Positions 16,861 to 28,902 are shown, numbered from the stretch's first letter. The stretch: 64,000 nt of DNA from Gammaproteobacteria bacterium (GCA_003646415.1 QNFS01000001.1:15068-79067), one strand, 5' to 3'. Numbers and translations are program-made. The notes: generated from the letters alone by a model not told the origin.

Positions 16861-19800
16861 TTAGTTCTCGATTCTGCTACTACTCTGCGCCAGATCCAGC
16901 AGTTCCCTGTTGGCCACTGCAAACATGGCAAAGTCGGGTGCGGAGGTGCCGTGCAGTTCCGCAAGCATTGCTTGCCAGCGCTCCAGTAGCGGTGCTTCCT
17001 CCGACTCCCAGCGCTGCATACAACTCAGCAGGTTAGAATCCTCACCCATATAGCGTAATGCACCGGCCGCGAGTGTGCGCTGTTGCCACTCGAGATCCTC
17101 AAGATAAGTATCCCTGGCCAGTGCCTGCCATTCGGTATCTATCTTGGCCGCCAGTATCTGGCTACTGAACCAGTCCAGTTCCAGTCGCTCACCCATAAAG
17201 AAATAAAGTTTGGCCACATCCATCAATGGCGCATCGGTTTCCACCGCCGACTGGATGATACCCAAAGCGGTATAGCCATGGTGGGCGCTCGCCACCTCCC
17301 CGGCCAACTTCTCGTTAACACCTGCATCGATATAGTGGTCATACAAGACCTGGAATTGCTCCGCCGCACGCCCGCGCAATACTCCCTGGTACTCCTGGCG
17401 CAACTGCTCCAGACCGCCACTGAATTCGGCAATAACATCTGTGGGTGACAAATGGTGTCGCCGATTACGCAAAAACCACCGTGTAGCGCGCTTGACCAGG
17501 CGCATCAGGTTTAGCATCATTTCCATCTGCACCCCGGAAGGCACTTTATGATCCAGCGCTTCTATATCCGACCACAGGCCGGGCAGTCGGTAAATCTCCA
17601 TTACCACGGTATAGGCTCGCGCCACATCGGCTACCGGCGCCCCAGTGGCTTTTTCCTGGCGCATCACAAAATTTAGCCCCATACGATTGACAATATCATT
17701 GGCAATCTGGGTCGCCATGATTTCCCGGTGCAGGCGATGCTCCAGTATTTCCTCGTTATACTGCTCGATCAGGCGCGGTGGGAACGCGGTCTTGACTGCG
17801 TTCGCCAGATAAGGGTCCTGCCCCAGATCAGATTCCATCAATAGTTCCTTCAGTGCCGCCTTGCTGTATGACACGAGCACTGAAAGTTCTGGTCGGGTCA
17901 GTGTTTTACCCTGCACCCGCCGCTCCAGGATTTCTTCGTCAGAAGGCAGGAACTCCAGTGACCGGTCCAGCCGCCCCGACTCCTCAAAGATCTTGATAAA
18001 TCGTTGGTACTCGCCACTGCGTTCCTCCGCCTGGAACTCCACCAGGCTGATGGCCTGCACCTGGTGATAGTTATTGGCCAGTACCAGCTCAGACACACTG
18101 TCGGTCATCTCCTCCAGCAGGGCATTGCGGTGTTTTTCGGTCAGGTCACCACGGGCCACGACCGCATTTAACAGGATCTTGATATTCACTTCATGATCCG
18201 AACAATCGACACCGCCCGCATTGTCAATAAAGTCTGTATAGGAGCAACCGCCATTGAGTCCATATTCCACCCGGGCCAACTGGGTGATGCCCAGGTTGCC
18301 GCCCTCTCCGATAACGCGACAGCGCAACTCCCTGGCATTCACCCGCAGGGCATCATTGGCTTTATCGCCTACATCCGTGTGGGATTCCAAACTGGATTTC
18401 ACGTAGGTTCCAATCCCGCCATTCCACAACAAATCCACCCGAGCTCGCAGGAGGTGGGAGATCAACTCTGTTGGCGTGAGATGGTCCACTTCGATATCAA
18501 AGCATTCCTTCATCTGTGGTGACAGGGTGATGGACTTGGCCGCTCGCTTGAAAATACCGCCACCGGCGGAGATAAGCTCCTGCTTGTAGTCCGACCAATT
18601 GGAGCGCGGTAACTGGAACAGACGCTCGCGCTCCGCAAAGCTGGCAGCGGCGTCCGGGTCGGGATCGACAAAGATGTGCATATGGTTGAACGCGGCCAGT
18701 AGCCGAATATGCCGGGACAGTAGCATACCATTGCCGAACACATCGCCTGCCATGTCGCCGATTCCCACCACGGTGAAATCCGTATTCTGGATATTTATAT
18801 CCATCTCGCGAAAATGACGCTGCACGGAAATCCAGGCGCCGCGTGCAGTGATGCCCATTTTCTTGTGGTCATAACCTGCGCTGCCACCTGAGGCGAAGGC
18901 ATCCCCCAACCAGAAGTTGTATTCCGCGGAAATCGCATTGGCGATATCGGAGAATGTCGCCGTACCCTTATCCGCGGCTACCACCAGGTAGGGATCCTCA
19001 TCGTCCTTGGTGACGACCTGTTGGGGCCGCACTATCCCCGTTTCACTGCGATTATCGGTGATATCCAGCAGGGCGCGGATAAACAGCTTATAGCAGGCTA
19101 TACCCTCCTCCTGCACTTCTTCCCGGGACATCTCCGGCCGCAATTGCCTGGCGACGAAGCCGCCTTTGGCTCCAACCGGCACAATAACGGCATTCTTTAC
19201 CTGTTGCGCCTTAACCAGGCCCAGCACCTCGGTGCGAAAATCCTCCTGTCGGTCAGACCAGCGCAGCCCGCCCCTGGCGACCCTGCCACCACGCAGGTGT
19301 ACACCCTCGACCCGGGGCGAGTAGACAAAAATTTCGTACATGGGCACAGGCTGGGGAATATTGGGGATAGCCGACGGTCGCAACTTGAAGGAGAAATAGG
19401 GCTTGAGAGAGCCTTCGTCTGTCTCCTGAAAGAAGTTGGTGCGTAATGTCGCCTTGATCACTTTCACAAACTGGCGAATGATGCGGTCCTCGCCCAGGTT
19501 CTGCACTTCTTCCAGGGCATCCATAATACCTTCTTCCACCGACAGCTCTCGCTGTTCGCGCCAATCTTCATCCCCGTCAAATACGGGTGAAAACCGTGTC
19601 AGGAACAACTCGACAACAGAGGCCGTGATATGCAGGTGATTGGCCATGGTCTCGGCGATATACTCCACGCTGTATGGAAATCGCACCTGCCGCAGGTAAC
19701 GGGCATAGGCGCGCAGCAGCGCAATCTCCCGCCAGCTCAGGCGAGTACCAATCAACAGGCGATTAAAGGAATCACTTTCCGCCTCCCCAAACCAGATACG

Positions 19801-21711
19801 TGAGAAGGCATCTTCAAATTCGTCTTTCACCTTATCCATATCGATATTGTGTGACAGGGCGTAGATGAGACTGAATTCCTGCACCCAATAAACTTCGCCA
19901 CCGCTGGCTCGAATACCATAGGGCCGCTCTGTGACCACACGCAGACCAAGGTTTTCCAGGATGGGCAACACATCCGACAAAGGCAGGCTTTGCCCTTTGT
20001 GGTAGAGGCGCAAACGCAACATATCATCACCCTCCTCCACCAGGCGATAGAGGCTCATGGCCAGCTCTTCGCCTTGCATCAAGCGGAGGATCTTCTTGAT
20101 ATCCAACACCCCTACCCTGGCGTCGAAATCGTCCCGGTAACCCGGGGGAAAACCCGCACCGAGATCCCGGACGTATTGTTCCCCGCGTTCTTCTCCAAAT
20201 TCCTCCACCAGTCGCAACCGTAGCCGGTCTTCCCATGCCAGTGTGGCCTGCACGATCTGATCCTCGATTTCACTGACTTCAAATTCCAATGGAATCGCCG
20301 GGTCTACTCTCAGTACAAAGTGGCAGCGCACCAGAATGGATTCCGAGAAGTGTGTGGTAAATTCCGATTCCTCGGCGTGGAAGGCGGCGGTGAGGATATT
20401 CTCCATCTTTTGCCGCTGTTCGGTTGTGTAACGGTCCTTGGGGATGTAAACGATGCAGTTAACGAACTTGCCGTGCACATCCTTGCGCACAAAAAGGCGC
20501 GTCTGCCGGCGCTCCTGGATACGATTGACCGTATTCACTGTCTCGTACAACTCCATCACGCTGGACTGAAATAGTTCATCCCTGGGGAAGACCTCAACCA
20601 CACGGGCCAATTCCCTGCTCTCGTGTGCCGCCCACTCCATATTTGACAATTCCAGGATCTGCTCCACCTTGCGGCGCAGGATGGGAATCAATCGCGGATC
20701 CATGGTGTAGACCGACGATGTGTACAGCCCGATAAAACGGTGCTGACCCACTACCTCACCGGCCTTGCTATAAACCTTTACCACCACGTAATCGGGATAG
20801 GTGAGGCGGTGCACCCTGGAGCGCACCCGCGATTTGGAGAAACTCAACTGTTTTTTGTGCAATTGCTCCAGGGGCATGTTTTTCAGGTCAGCCTCTAAAT
20901 CCTGCACGCCTCTTGTTTTACGATGGCTCAGCAGGCCCAGACTCTTCTTTTTGTCCACCTTGGCACTCACGGATGAGCCGGAACGCTTCACTTGCAGATA
21001 CTCGTAGCCGAGCATTGTCATATTGTCGTGCTCCATCCAATCGATGAAGGCCGCCGCCTCATCCCGGTAATCTTGCGCCACACATTCACTGGCGCCAATG
21101 GCCGTGATTACATCGTGCATGCGCTCACAGATAGCAGGATAATCGGCCACCACCGCTGAGGCTTCTCCCAGGATATCAGCCAGGGTATCGCGCAACTCTT
21201 CCAGCTCTTGCGGGTTGGAGTGTCTGCCGATCTCAAAAAACAGCAGTGCCTCACCGGGAGCTGAGGTACGATCGCCGTTGTCACTGGGCAGGACAGCTTC
21301 CAGATTACCCTGAGGATCACGGGTGACTGTCAGGTTTGAACTGGCAATGGTATGGACGCGTAAATTGCGCCGGTTCAATTCACCACGCACGGAGGCCGTG
21401 GTAAACGGTATGCCAGTACAAAGAATCGTGAGCGTTGTGTACTTGCTCTCCCAGCCGTGGCTTTGGATCTCCGGATTGAAAAAGTGGATTTTCGGCTCGA
21501 TGTCAGGCCACTTGAGCATAAATCGCAACAGGCCATAGAGACAGCCATAGAGGTTCTCCACCGAACGGCCGTGCATATCCTCCGCGGGAAAGCGGCTGAA
21601 AAAGGCTGAGGACAAGTTGTGTAGTGACTGCCTGTCTGATGGCTCTGCACGATCATCAATGCGCTGTGCCAGTTCTGACAGCAAACTCTCCTTCAATGTA
21701 TTCCAGGCCAT
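16861..21711 (-). CDS. gdhB: NAD-specific glutamate dehydrogenase, large (~180 kDa) GdhB type
   Basis: A single 1616-aa ORF, with the size and domain order typical of the Pseudomonas/Vibrio large GDH. Confidence 0.9.
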   Translation of the reverse strand: MAWNTLKESLLSELAQRIDDRAEPSDRQSLHNLSSAFFSRFPAEDMHGRSVENLYGCLYGLLRFMLKWPDIEPKIHFFNPEIQSHGWESKYTTLTILCTGIPFTTASVRGELNRRNLRVHTIASSNLTVTRDPQGNLEAVLPSDNGDRTSAPGEALLFFEIGRHSNPQELEELRDTLADILGEASAVVADYPAICERMHDVITAIGASECVAQDYRDEAAAFIDWMEHDNMTMLGYEYLQVKRSGSSVSAKVDKKKSLGLLSHRKTRGVQDLEADLKNMPLEQLHKKQLSFSKSRVRSRVHRLTYPDYVVVKVYSKAGEVVGQHRFIGLYTSSVYTMDPRLIPILRRKVEQILELSNMEWAAHESRELARVVEVFPRDELFQSSVMELYETVNTVNRIQERRQTRLFVRKDVHGKFVNCIVYIPKDRYTTEQRQKMENILTAAFHAEESEFTTHFSESILVRCHFVLRVDPAIPLEFEVSEIEDQIVQATLAWEDRLRLRLVEEFGEERGEQYVRDLGAGFPPGYRDDFDARVGVLDIKKILRLMQGEELAMSLYRLVEEGDDMLRLRLYHKGQSLPLSDVLPILENLGLRVVTERPYGIRASGGEVYWVQEFSLIYALSHNIDMDKVKDEFEDAFSRIWFGEAESDSFNRLLIGTRLSWREIALLRAYARYLRQVRFPYSVEYIAETMANHLHITASVVELFLTRFSPVFDGDEDWREQRELSVEEGIMDALEEVQNLGEDRIIRQFVKVIKATLRTNFFQETDEGSLKPYFSFKLRPSAIPNIPQPVPMYEIFVYSPRVEGVHLRGGRVARGGLRWSDRQEDFRTEVLGLVKAQQVKNAVIVPVGAKGGFVARQLRPEMSREEVQEEGIACYKLFIRALLDITDNRSETGIVRPQQVVTKDDEDPYLVVAADKGTATFSDIANAISAEYNFWLGDAFASGGSAGYDHKKMGITARGAWISVQRHFREMDINIQNTDFTVVGIGDMAGDVFGNGMLLSRHIRLLAAFNHMHIFVDPDPDAAASFAERERLFQLPRSNWSDYKQELISAGGGIFKRAAKSITLSPQMKECFDIEVDHLTPTELISHLLRARVDLLWNGGIGTYVKSSLESHTDVGDKANDALRVNARELRCRVIGEGGNLGITQLARVEYGLNGGCSYTDFIDNAGGVDCSDHEVNIKILLNAVVARGDLTEKHRNALLEEMTDSVSELVLANNYHQVQAISLVEFQAEERSGEYQRFIKIFEESGRLDRSLEFLPSDEEILERRVQGKTLTRPELSVLVSYSKAALKELLMESDLGQDPYLANAVKTAFPPRLIEQYNEEILEHRLHREIMATQIANDIVNRMGLNFVMRQEKATGAPVADVARAYTVVMEIYRLPGLWSDIEALDHKVPSGVQMEMMLNLMRLVKRATRWFLRNRRHHLSPTDVIAEFSGGLEQLRQEYQGVLRGRAAEQFQVLYDHYIDAGVNEKLAGEVASAHHGYTALGIIQSAVETDAPLMDVAKLYFFMGERLELDWFSSQILAAKIDTEWQALARDTYLEDLEWQQRTLAAGALRYMGEDSNLLSCMQRWESEEAPLLERWQAMLAELHGTSAPDFAMFAVANRELLDLAQSSSRIEN

Positions 21712-21994
21712 CTAATGATTCCTTTCTATAGTTTTCAAAAGGGCTCGATGACCCCGCTGCATGTCGTTTATAAGTCTAGCTCAAACCGAGGGAAATTTAC
21801 TGTAGATTGGAACTTTTCAACCCTGGAAAAGTCACAAATGCAGCTCTTTTCCAATGATTTCACCACAGGACTGGACGAACCCCGAAGTTTCGCTACAATG
21901 CGAGCTTTTTTGAGGCTCCCGCTTGACTAAAACAGGCGGCACGATAGCAACATCAGGCATAACAGTAATTTCATCAAGTGATACAGGAGACCGC

Positions 21995-22951
<957 letters not shown>

Positions 22952-22963
22952 GTACACTTGCCG

Positions 22964-23899
22964 ATGGCGGACATCACATTACCGGCCCGGGGTGCTTATG
23001 CGGACCTCAATGAGCTGATTGCCCTGCGTTTTCCCGCGAGGCAGCTGCGGTTGGCACGAAAGAACAGGGCCCTCAGCGCCCTGGCAGGTCCCAACAAGTC
23101 AAACTTCCGCGGACGGGGTATCGATTTCGAGGAAGTGCGCAGCTACCAGCCCGGCGATGACATCCGCACCATAGACTGGCGGGTGACCGCCAGAACAGGC
23201 AGTGCCCATACCAAATTATTTCGCGAGGAACGCGAGCGGCCGGTGCTGGTGGTGGTAGACCAGCGCAATGGTATGTTTTTCGGCTCCAGCCACTGTTTTA
23301 AATCAGTGCTGGCAGCGCAATTGGCCAGCCTGATTGCCTGGAGCGCCCTGGATGCGGGCGACCGTGTTGGCGGGCTGGTATTCAACGGCGCAGAGCATCG
23401 GGAAATCCGCCCGCGGCGCAGCCGCAAAACCGTGTTGGCGCTATTGTCCCAGATTGCCGGCTATAATCACGCCCTGCCCCTGGCCAACGCCAGCGCACCG
23501 GACAGCTTTGCCGATATGCTGTCGAATCTGCGCAGAATTGCGCGCCCCGGGAGCAGCCTGTTCCTGGTCAGTGATTTTCACGGCGCCTCCCGTGAGCATG
23601 CCAGGGAGCACCTGTTCCAATTGGCACAGCACACAGAGCTCACCGCTGTGGCATGCAGCGACCCGATGGAATCAAAGTTGCCCCGGGCAGGCAAATACGC
23701 GGTAACTGACGGTAGTGCGCGCAGTGAACTGCACACGGCGGATAAAAAGCTGCGGAGTATCTATCAGCAGCGTTTCCAGCGGCACAGGGACTTGTTGTCC
23801 CAGGATTTACTGCGCCTGGGAATTCCCATGCTGCAGGCCACCACCGACCAGGCACCCTTCACCCTGCTGCAACAATTTTACGGGGATCCGCGCCAGTGA
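22964..23899 (+). CDS. DUF58 domain-containing protein
   Basis: FRGRGIDFEEVRSYQPGDDIRTIDWR motif. It occupies the standard position after moxR. Confidence 0.85.
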   Translation: MADITLPARGAYADLNELIALRFPARQLRLARKNRALSALAGPNKSNFRGRGIDFEEVRSYQPGDDIRTIDWRVTARTGSAHTKLFREERERPVLVVVDQRNGMFFGSSHCFKSVLAAQLASLIAWSALDAGDRVGGLVFNGAEHREIRPRRSRKTVLALLSQIAGYNHALPLANASAPDSFADMLSNLRRIARPGSSLFLVSDFHGASREHAREHLFQLAQHTELTAVACSDPMESKLPRAGKYAVTDGSARSELHTADKKLRSIYQQRFQRHRDLLSQDLLRLGIPMLQATTDQAPFTLLQQFYGDPRQ

Positions 23900-24372
23900 A
23901 CCCCCAGGAAGCACTGGCCAGCTTGCACCCCCTGCGGGAACCCGGGCCAATCAGCTGGTGGCCATTGGCCCCGGGCTGGTGGCTGTTAATCGCTCTTACC
24001 GTGCTCTGCGTGGTGGGCCTGGGTTATGCCCTGGTCAAACACTATCGCGCTAACGCCTATCGACGTCAGGGTCTGGCCCAATTGCAGACCCTGCGTCAAC
24101 AATACCTGGCAGAAAAGGATGCCAGCCAGTATGTGGCGCGAACCAATGCGCTGTTAAAGAGCGTCGCGCTGCGCAGCTATCCACGCCGCGAGGTTGCCGC
24201 CAGCAGCGGCGAAAAATGGCTCACATTTCTAAATAGCAGGATGAATAGCACAGAGCAATTTCAGCCCGGGTTCGTAACCGCAGCCTACAGCAAAGCCTGC
24301 CCGGATATGGATATGGAGCAGATGCACCGGGCAGCGCAACGATGGATCAGGCGACACGAGGCGGCGCGATGA
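23896..24372 (+). CDS. DUF4381 domain-containing membrane protein
   Basis: PISWWPLAPGWWLL plus a single TM helix. GTGA overlap with the DUF58 stop. Confidence 0.7.
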   Translation: MNPQEALASLHPLREPGPISWWPLAPGWWLLIALTVLCVVGLGYALVKHYRANAYRRQGLAQLQTLRQQYLAEKDASQYVARTNALLKSVALRSYPRREVAASSGEKWLTFLNSRMNSTEQFQPGFVTAAYSKACPDMDMEQMHRAAQRWIRRHEAAR

Positions 24373-25418
24373 TCGAATGGCTGTGGCCCTGGATGTTGGT
24401 ACTGGCGCCCCTGCCCTGGCTGGTGCATCGCCTGGCGACTCCGGCCCGCAGCCAGGACCCGGCACTGCGCGCACCCTTTTTTGACGAGTGGCAACAGCTC
24501 AGCGAGTCCCAGCAGACACACACCAGCGCCAGCGGGACAATACCCACCCTTTCACTATGGCTGCTTTGGTTGCTGTTACTTGTGGCGGCAGCCCGGCCCG
24601 TATGGATCGGAGAGCCAATAGAGCTGCCCAACAGCGGCCGCGACCTCATGCTGGCGGTGGATATTTCCGGTTCCATGCGTATCGAGGATATGCAGCTCGG
24701 GCAGACTGTGGCCCGGCGTATCGACGCCGTCAGGCAGCTGGGCGCCCAGTTCATCGAGCGCCGCACGGGCGATCGTCTGGGGTTGATTCTGTTTGGCACT
24801 AACGCCTATGTGCAGTCGCCACTGAGCTTTGACACGGCTACCGTCAAGCGCTTCCTGCTGGAAGCCCGGATAGGTTTTGCCGGCCAGGAGACCGCCATAG
24901 GCGATGCCATTGGCCTGGCGGTGAAACGTCTCAAGGAGCGCCCCGCCCAAAGCCGGGTATTGATCCTGCTGACCGACGGGCAGGATACCGCCAGCTCTGT
25001 ACAACCCCTGGACGCCGCCAAATTGGCAGCGAACCTCGGCATCCGCATCTATACGATTGGTATTGGCGCAGATGAAATGACCCTGCCCGGCTTATTCGGC
25101 TCCAGTTTCGGTAGCCGTAAGGTCAACCCCTCAACAGAGCTGGATGAAGCGGGCCTGCAAGAAATTGCAAAGACAACCGGGGGACAGTATTTTCGGGCCC
25201 ACGACCCCCAGGAACTGGCCAATATCTATCAGTTGCTGGACCAGTTAGAGCCAGTGGAGCAGGAAACGGCCACCTACCGTCCGCGCCAGGCGCTGGGCTA
25301 CCTGCCGCTGCTACTGGCACTGCTGCTCAGCTTTTTACTGGCCCTGCGACACTGCTGGAGATCCGCTGATTGGCGCATCACTAAACGAAACACACAAGCG
25401 CTGCGGGAGGGCCTGTGA
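24369..25418 (+). CDS. VWA domain-containing protein (BatA-like)
   Basis: N-terminal TM helix, MIDAS motif DISGSM, C-terminal TM helix. ATGA overlap with the upstream gene. Confidence 0.85.
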   Translation: MIEWLWPWMLVLAPLPWLVHRLATPARSQDPALRAPFFDEWQQLSESQQTHTSASGTIPTLSLWLLWLLLLVAAARPVWIGEPIELPNSGRDLMLAVDISGSMRIEDMQLGQTVARRIDAVRQLGAQFIERRTGDRLGLILFGTNAYVQSPLSFDTATVKRFLLEARIGFAGQETAIGDAIGLAVKRLKERPAQSRVLILLTDGQDTASSVQPLDAAKLAANLGIRIYTIGIGADEMTLPGLFGSSFGSRKVNPSTELDEAGLQEIAKTTGGQYFRAHDPQELANIYQLLDQLEPVEQETATYRPRQALGYLPLLLALLLSFLLALRHCWRSADWRITKRNTQALREGL

Positions 25419-27220
25419 CAGAATTACACCTGATGCGGCCAGAGTGGCTGTGGAGTCTTGTTCCCGCACTGATTCTGATGCTACTGCTATGGCGACAGCG
25501 CGGCCGCAGCGGTGGCTGGAGTGATGTAATCGCACCGGAACTACTGGCGCATCTGGTTGGCGAGCGCGCGGGGCCACGCAGCAGCAACTTCCTGCCTTTG
25601 ATATTTGTCGGCTGGATTGTGGCCGTCTTCGCAGCCACTGGACCGAGCTGGCAGAAGATTCCCCAGCCAATACACCAGAAGCAGGATGCCCTGGTGCTGG
25701 CACTGGATCTCAGCTATTCCATGAAGTCGGGAGACATCGTTCCCTCTCGACTGGACCGGGCACGGCAGAAATTACTCGATTTGCTGGAGCAGCGCAGAGA
25801 GGGCCAAACCGGTCTTATCGCCTACGCCGGTGACGCCCATATTGTAACCCCCCTGACCGATGACACCCCCACTATCGCCAACCTGTTACCCGCACTGCAC
25901 CCGGACATGATGCCCGTAGCAGGCAGTGATGCTGTTGCTGCGGTGGCGCAGGCAGTGGAACTACTGCATTCCGCCGGCATTCGCCAGGGTAAAATCCTGC
26001 TGGTGACCGACGGCGTGACGGACAAGGATCGCAAGGGAATTGTAAAAGCTCTCAAGGGAACAGGCGCACACCTGGCTATTATGGGCGTGGGCACTGCGAC
26101 CGGCGCCCCTATTCCCCTGCCCCGCGGCAGCTTTCTTAAAGACAAGGCGGGCACTATCGTGATGCCGTCTCTGGATGAAGAAAACCTGCGCGGCATGGCC
26201 ACAGCCAGCGGCGGCAGGTATATGCGCATGCAGATCGACGATAGCGATCTGGACTACCTGCTGACTGAGACAACACTGCCTGACGGCGAGCTTACACTGA
26301 CTCTTGATCGCACCGCTGACACCTGGGACGATCAGGGCTATTGGTTCATTTTAGTGCTACTGCCCCTGGTGCTTGGCCTGTTTCGCCGCGGTTGGCTACT
26401 GTGTCTCCTACCCCTGCTATTTGTCACACAGCCCCAGCCAGCCCACGCCCAAAGCTGGGACAACCTGTGGCTCACAGATGATCAACAGGGCCAGCGCGCC
26501 CTGCAGCGAGGCGATAACGAAGCTGCCGCCGCACTGTTCGAGAATCAGGACTGGGCCGGCACAGCCGCTTATCGCAGCGGCGACTTCAAGGCGGCCACTG
26601 GGCATTTTTCAGGAAATAACAGCGCCAGTGGTTGGTACAACCGTGGCAATGCCCTGGCCCGTAGCGGCGAGTTGGACGATGCTATCTCCGCTTATGAAGA
26701 ATCACTGGCACTGGATCCCGACCAGGCGGACGCCCGGGAAAACCTGGAACTGCTTAAGCAACTGAAGGATCAGCAAGAGCAACAGGAACAGCAACAAGAG
26801 CAAGACAAGGACCAGAAAAACGAGGATCAGGAGCAGAATCAGGACCAGCAACAGGGCGATCAGCAGCAGTCTGACCAGGAGTCGGAATCGGAGTCGGAGC
26901 AGGACAAAGACGAGCAGCAGCAGGATGAAAATCAGGATCCGCAGGAATGCGACAGCGAGTCCGGCAACGAAGACCAACAAAACAATCAGGAACAACAACA
27001 GAGCGAGCCACAACAGGACGAACCGGGCGAGGGGGAGCAGGAGCAACAGGCGGAAGCCACTCTGGCCGACCCACAGGAGCAGGAGCGTGACCAGGCCATG
27101 GAACAGTGGCTGCGGCGGGTGCCCGACGACCCCTCCGGCCTGTTGCGCGAGAAATTCCGCTATGAAAGCCGCCAGCGGCAAGAGCAGGGAAACAGGAAAG
27201 ATGATGAAATCTATTGGTAA
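25415..27220 (+). CDS. VWA + TPR protein (BatB/BatC-like fusion) with a long acidic Q/E/D-rich tail
   Basis: MIDAS DLSYSM and TPR repeats (YNRGNALARSGELDDAISAYEESLALDP). About 100 aa of QQEQQEQ.../DQESESESEQ low complexity follow. GTGA overlap with the upstream gene. Confidence 0.8.
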   Translation: MTELHLMRPEWLWSLVPALILMLLLWRQRGRSGGWSDVIAPELLAHLVGERAGPRSSNFLPLIFVGWIVAVFAATGPSWQKIPQPIHQKQDALVLALDLSYSMKSGDIVPSRLDRARQKLLDLLEQRREGQTGLIAYAGDAHIVTPLTDDTPTIANLLPALHPDMMPVAGSDAVAAVAQAVELLHSAGIRQGKILLVTDGVTDKDRKGIVKALKGTGAHLAIMGVGTATGAPIPLPRGSFLKDKAGTIVMPSLDEENLRGMATASGGRYMRMQIDDSDLDYLLTETTLPDGELTLTLDRTADTWDDQGYWFILVLLPLVLGLFRRGWLLCLLPLLFVTQPQPAHAQSWDNLWLTDDQQGQRALQRGDNEAAAALFENQDWAGTAAYRSGDFKAATGHFSGNNSASGWYNRGNALARSGELDDAISAYEESLALDPDQADARENLELLKQLKDQQEQQEQQQEQDKDQKNEDQEQNQDQQQGDQQQSDQESESESEQDKDEQQQDENQDPQECDSESGNEDQQNNQEQQQSEPQQDEPGEGEQEQQAEATLADPQEQERDQAMEQWLRRVPDDPSGLLREKFRYESRQRQEQGNRKDDEIYW

Positions 27221-28898
27221 AGCAGTGCAGCGAGCACTAGCTGCCCTGTGCACACTGGCCCTGATTCTGGGCAGCTCAGCCAGTTATGCGGCAGTTAACG
27301 CCAGTCTCGATCGTGACCGGGTCGCCATGGGCGACACCCTGCGACTCACCATTACCGTCACAGGAAACGAGGAGTTAAACAGCACAGACCTGCGCCCGCT
27401 GCTGGCGGACTTTGAAATTTTGCAGCGCGCCACCAACAGCAATACCAGTATTACCAACGGCCGTCGCAGCCACACCAAACAACTGCTGATAGATATCATG
27501 CCCCGCAGAGAAGGGACACTAAAAATTCCTCCGATGCGTGTGGGACAGAGCGCTACCAAACTGCTACTGGTGTCCGTCAGCCCCGCCCCCGATTCAATCG
27601 GCGGTGGCCAGACCGTGTTGTTCGAGGCAGAAGTGGACAGCGACACTGTTTATGTACAGGGCCAGGTAATCCTGACACTGCGAGTACAGCAGGCAGTCAA
27701 CCTGGACGGACGCAGCATTACCGAGTTACAGATGGATAACGCATTTGTGAAACCACTGGAGCAACACTCTTTCCAGCGCACAATCGACGGCCGGCCCTGG
27801 TTGGTGCACGAGGTGCGCTACGCTATCTTCCCGGAACACAGTGGCACCCTGGAAATTCCCTCACAAACCTTCTCCGCCCGCGAAGGCCAGGCCCGTCGCG
27901 GTTTCTTCGACCTGAACGGCGGTGGCCGCCAATTGCGTCGCACTACTGAACCGCTGACTATTGAGGTGCTGCCGCGCCCGGATACATTTCCGGCTGGTAC
28001 ATGGCTGCCCGCCCGCAACCTGACACTGGAGGAAAGCTGGTCCACAGCACCGGAGCAATTGCGTGCGGGTGAATCCGCTACCCGCACCATCCGTATTCTG
28101 GGGGAGGGTTTACAAGGCGCCCAATTGCCTCCGGTGATGTTCCCGGCGACAGAGGGCATAAAATACTATCCGGACCAGCCGGTAATCAACGATGTGGAGA
28201 TGGCCACAGGCCTGCTGGGATCACGCCAGGACAGCACCGCGGTGGTGCCCACCCGCGCCGGCACCTGGACTATCCCCCGGATCCGCATTCCCTGGTGGGA
28301 TATCGAGTCCGGAGCAGTGCGCTATGCTGTCCTGCCCGGCCGCGAAATCACCGTCGCCGCCGCGGATCCCGCCACCAGCACTACCCTGGTGGCGGCACCT
28401 GAAATTGAGATCGACACAGGCACTACTATTGTCCCCCCTGAGGCAAGCGCTTCCGGTGACAGCAGGCAGTGGCAGATACTAAGTGCCGTCAGCAGCATGG
28501 GCTGGATACTCACCCTTGCCTACCTGCTGTGGTCGCGCCGCAAACTCAAACCCATACAAGCAGCCAGGTTGGGCAACCCCGCAGAAAAGACTACCTTCAA
28601 GCAACTGCTGGCCGCCTGCACCAGCGGTAGCGCCCTGCGCGCGAGAGGGGCTGTTATCGATTGGGCGGCCGCGTTATTACCAGAGGCAACGGTGGTTTCC
28701 CTGAGCCAGGTCGCGGCGGCATTTGCCGATCGGGAGCTCACTTCAGCACTGGCTGCGCTCGACACGAGTCTTTACGGCAGCACAAGTAGCAACTGGGACG
28801 GAACAGCCCTGGGCGAAGCTGCACGCAGACTACGCCGCCAGCATCACAATACCGCCGGGCAAAATGCACAAACCTTGCAACTGTATGGTGCTGCCTGA
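27201..28898 (+). CDS. BatD-like protein
   Basis: The ATG at 27201 gives the signal peptide MMKSIGKAVQRALAALCTLALILGSSASYA. There is a C-terminal TM helix. It overlaps the preceding gene by 20 nt. The track ORF from 26925 is an out-of-frame read-through of the acidic region. Confidence 0.75.
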   Translation: MMKSIGKAVQRALAALCTLALILGSSASYAAVNASLDRDRVAMGDTLRLTITVTGNEELNSTDLRPLLADFEILQRATNSNTSITNGRRSHTKQLLIDIMPRREGTLKIPPMRVGQSATKLLLVSVSPAPDSIGGGQTVLFEAEVDSDTVYVQGQVILTLRVQQAVNLDGRSITELQMDNAFVKPLEQHSFQRTIDGRPWLVHEVRYAIFPEHSGTLEIPSQTFSAREGQARRGFFDLNGGGRQLRRTTEPLTIEVLPRPDTFPAGTWLPARNLTLEESWSTAPEQLRAGESATRTIRILGEGLQGAQLPPVMFPATEGIKYYPDQPVINDVEMATGLLGSRQDSTAVVPTRAGTWTIPRIRIPWWDIESGAVRYAVLPGREITVAAADPATSTTLVAAPEIEIDTGTTIVPPEASASGDSRQWQILSAVSSMGWILTLAYLLWSRRKLKPIQAARLGNPAEKTTFKQLLAACTSGSALRARGAVIDWAAALLPEATVVSLSQVAAAFADRELTSALAALDTSLYGSTSSNWDGTALGEAARRLRRQHHNTAGQNAQTLQLYGAA

Positions 28899-28902
28899 AC
28901 AG

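Noticed and set aside
17083-21659. Numerous 60-140-aa ORFs on both strands inside gdhB
   Set aside because: All are nested in one uninterrupted 1616-aa ORF with strong family identity. None has an RBS or a motif.
26702-27253. 183-aa Leu-rich ORF antisense to the VWA/TPR gene (and 26754..27074)
   Set aside because: It is the mirror image of the CAG/GAG-rich acidic linker. It is low complexity, has no start context, and lies entirely within a well-supported gene.
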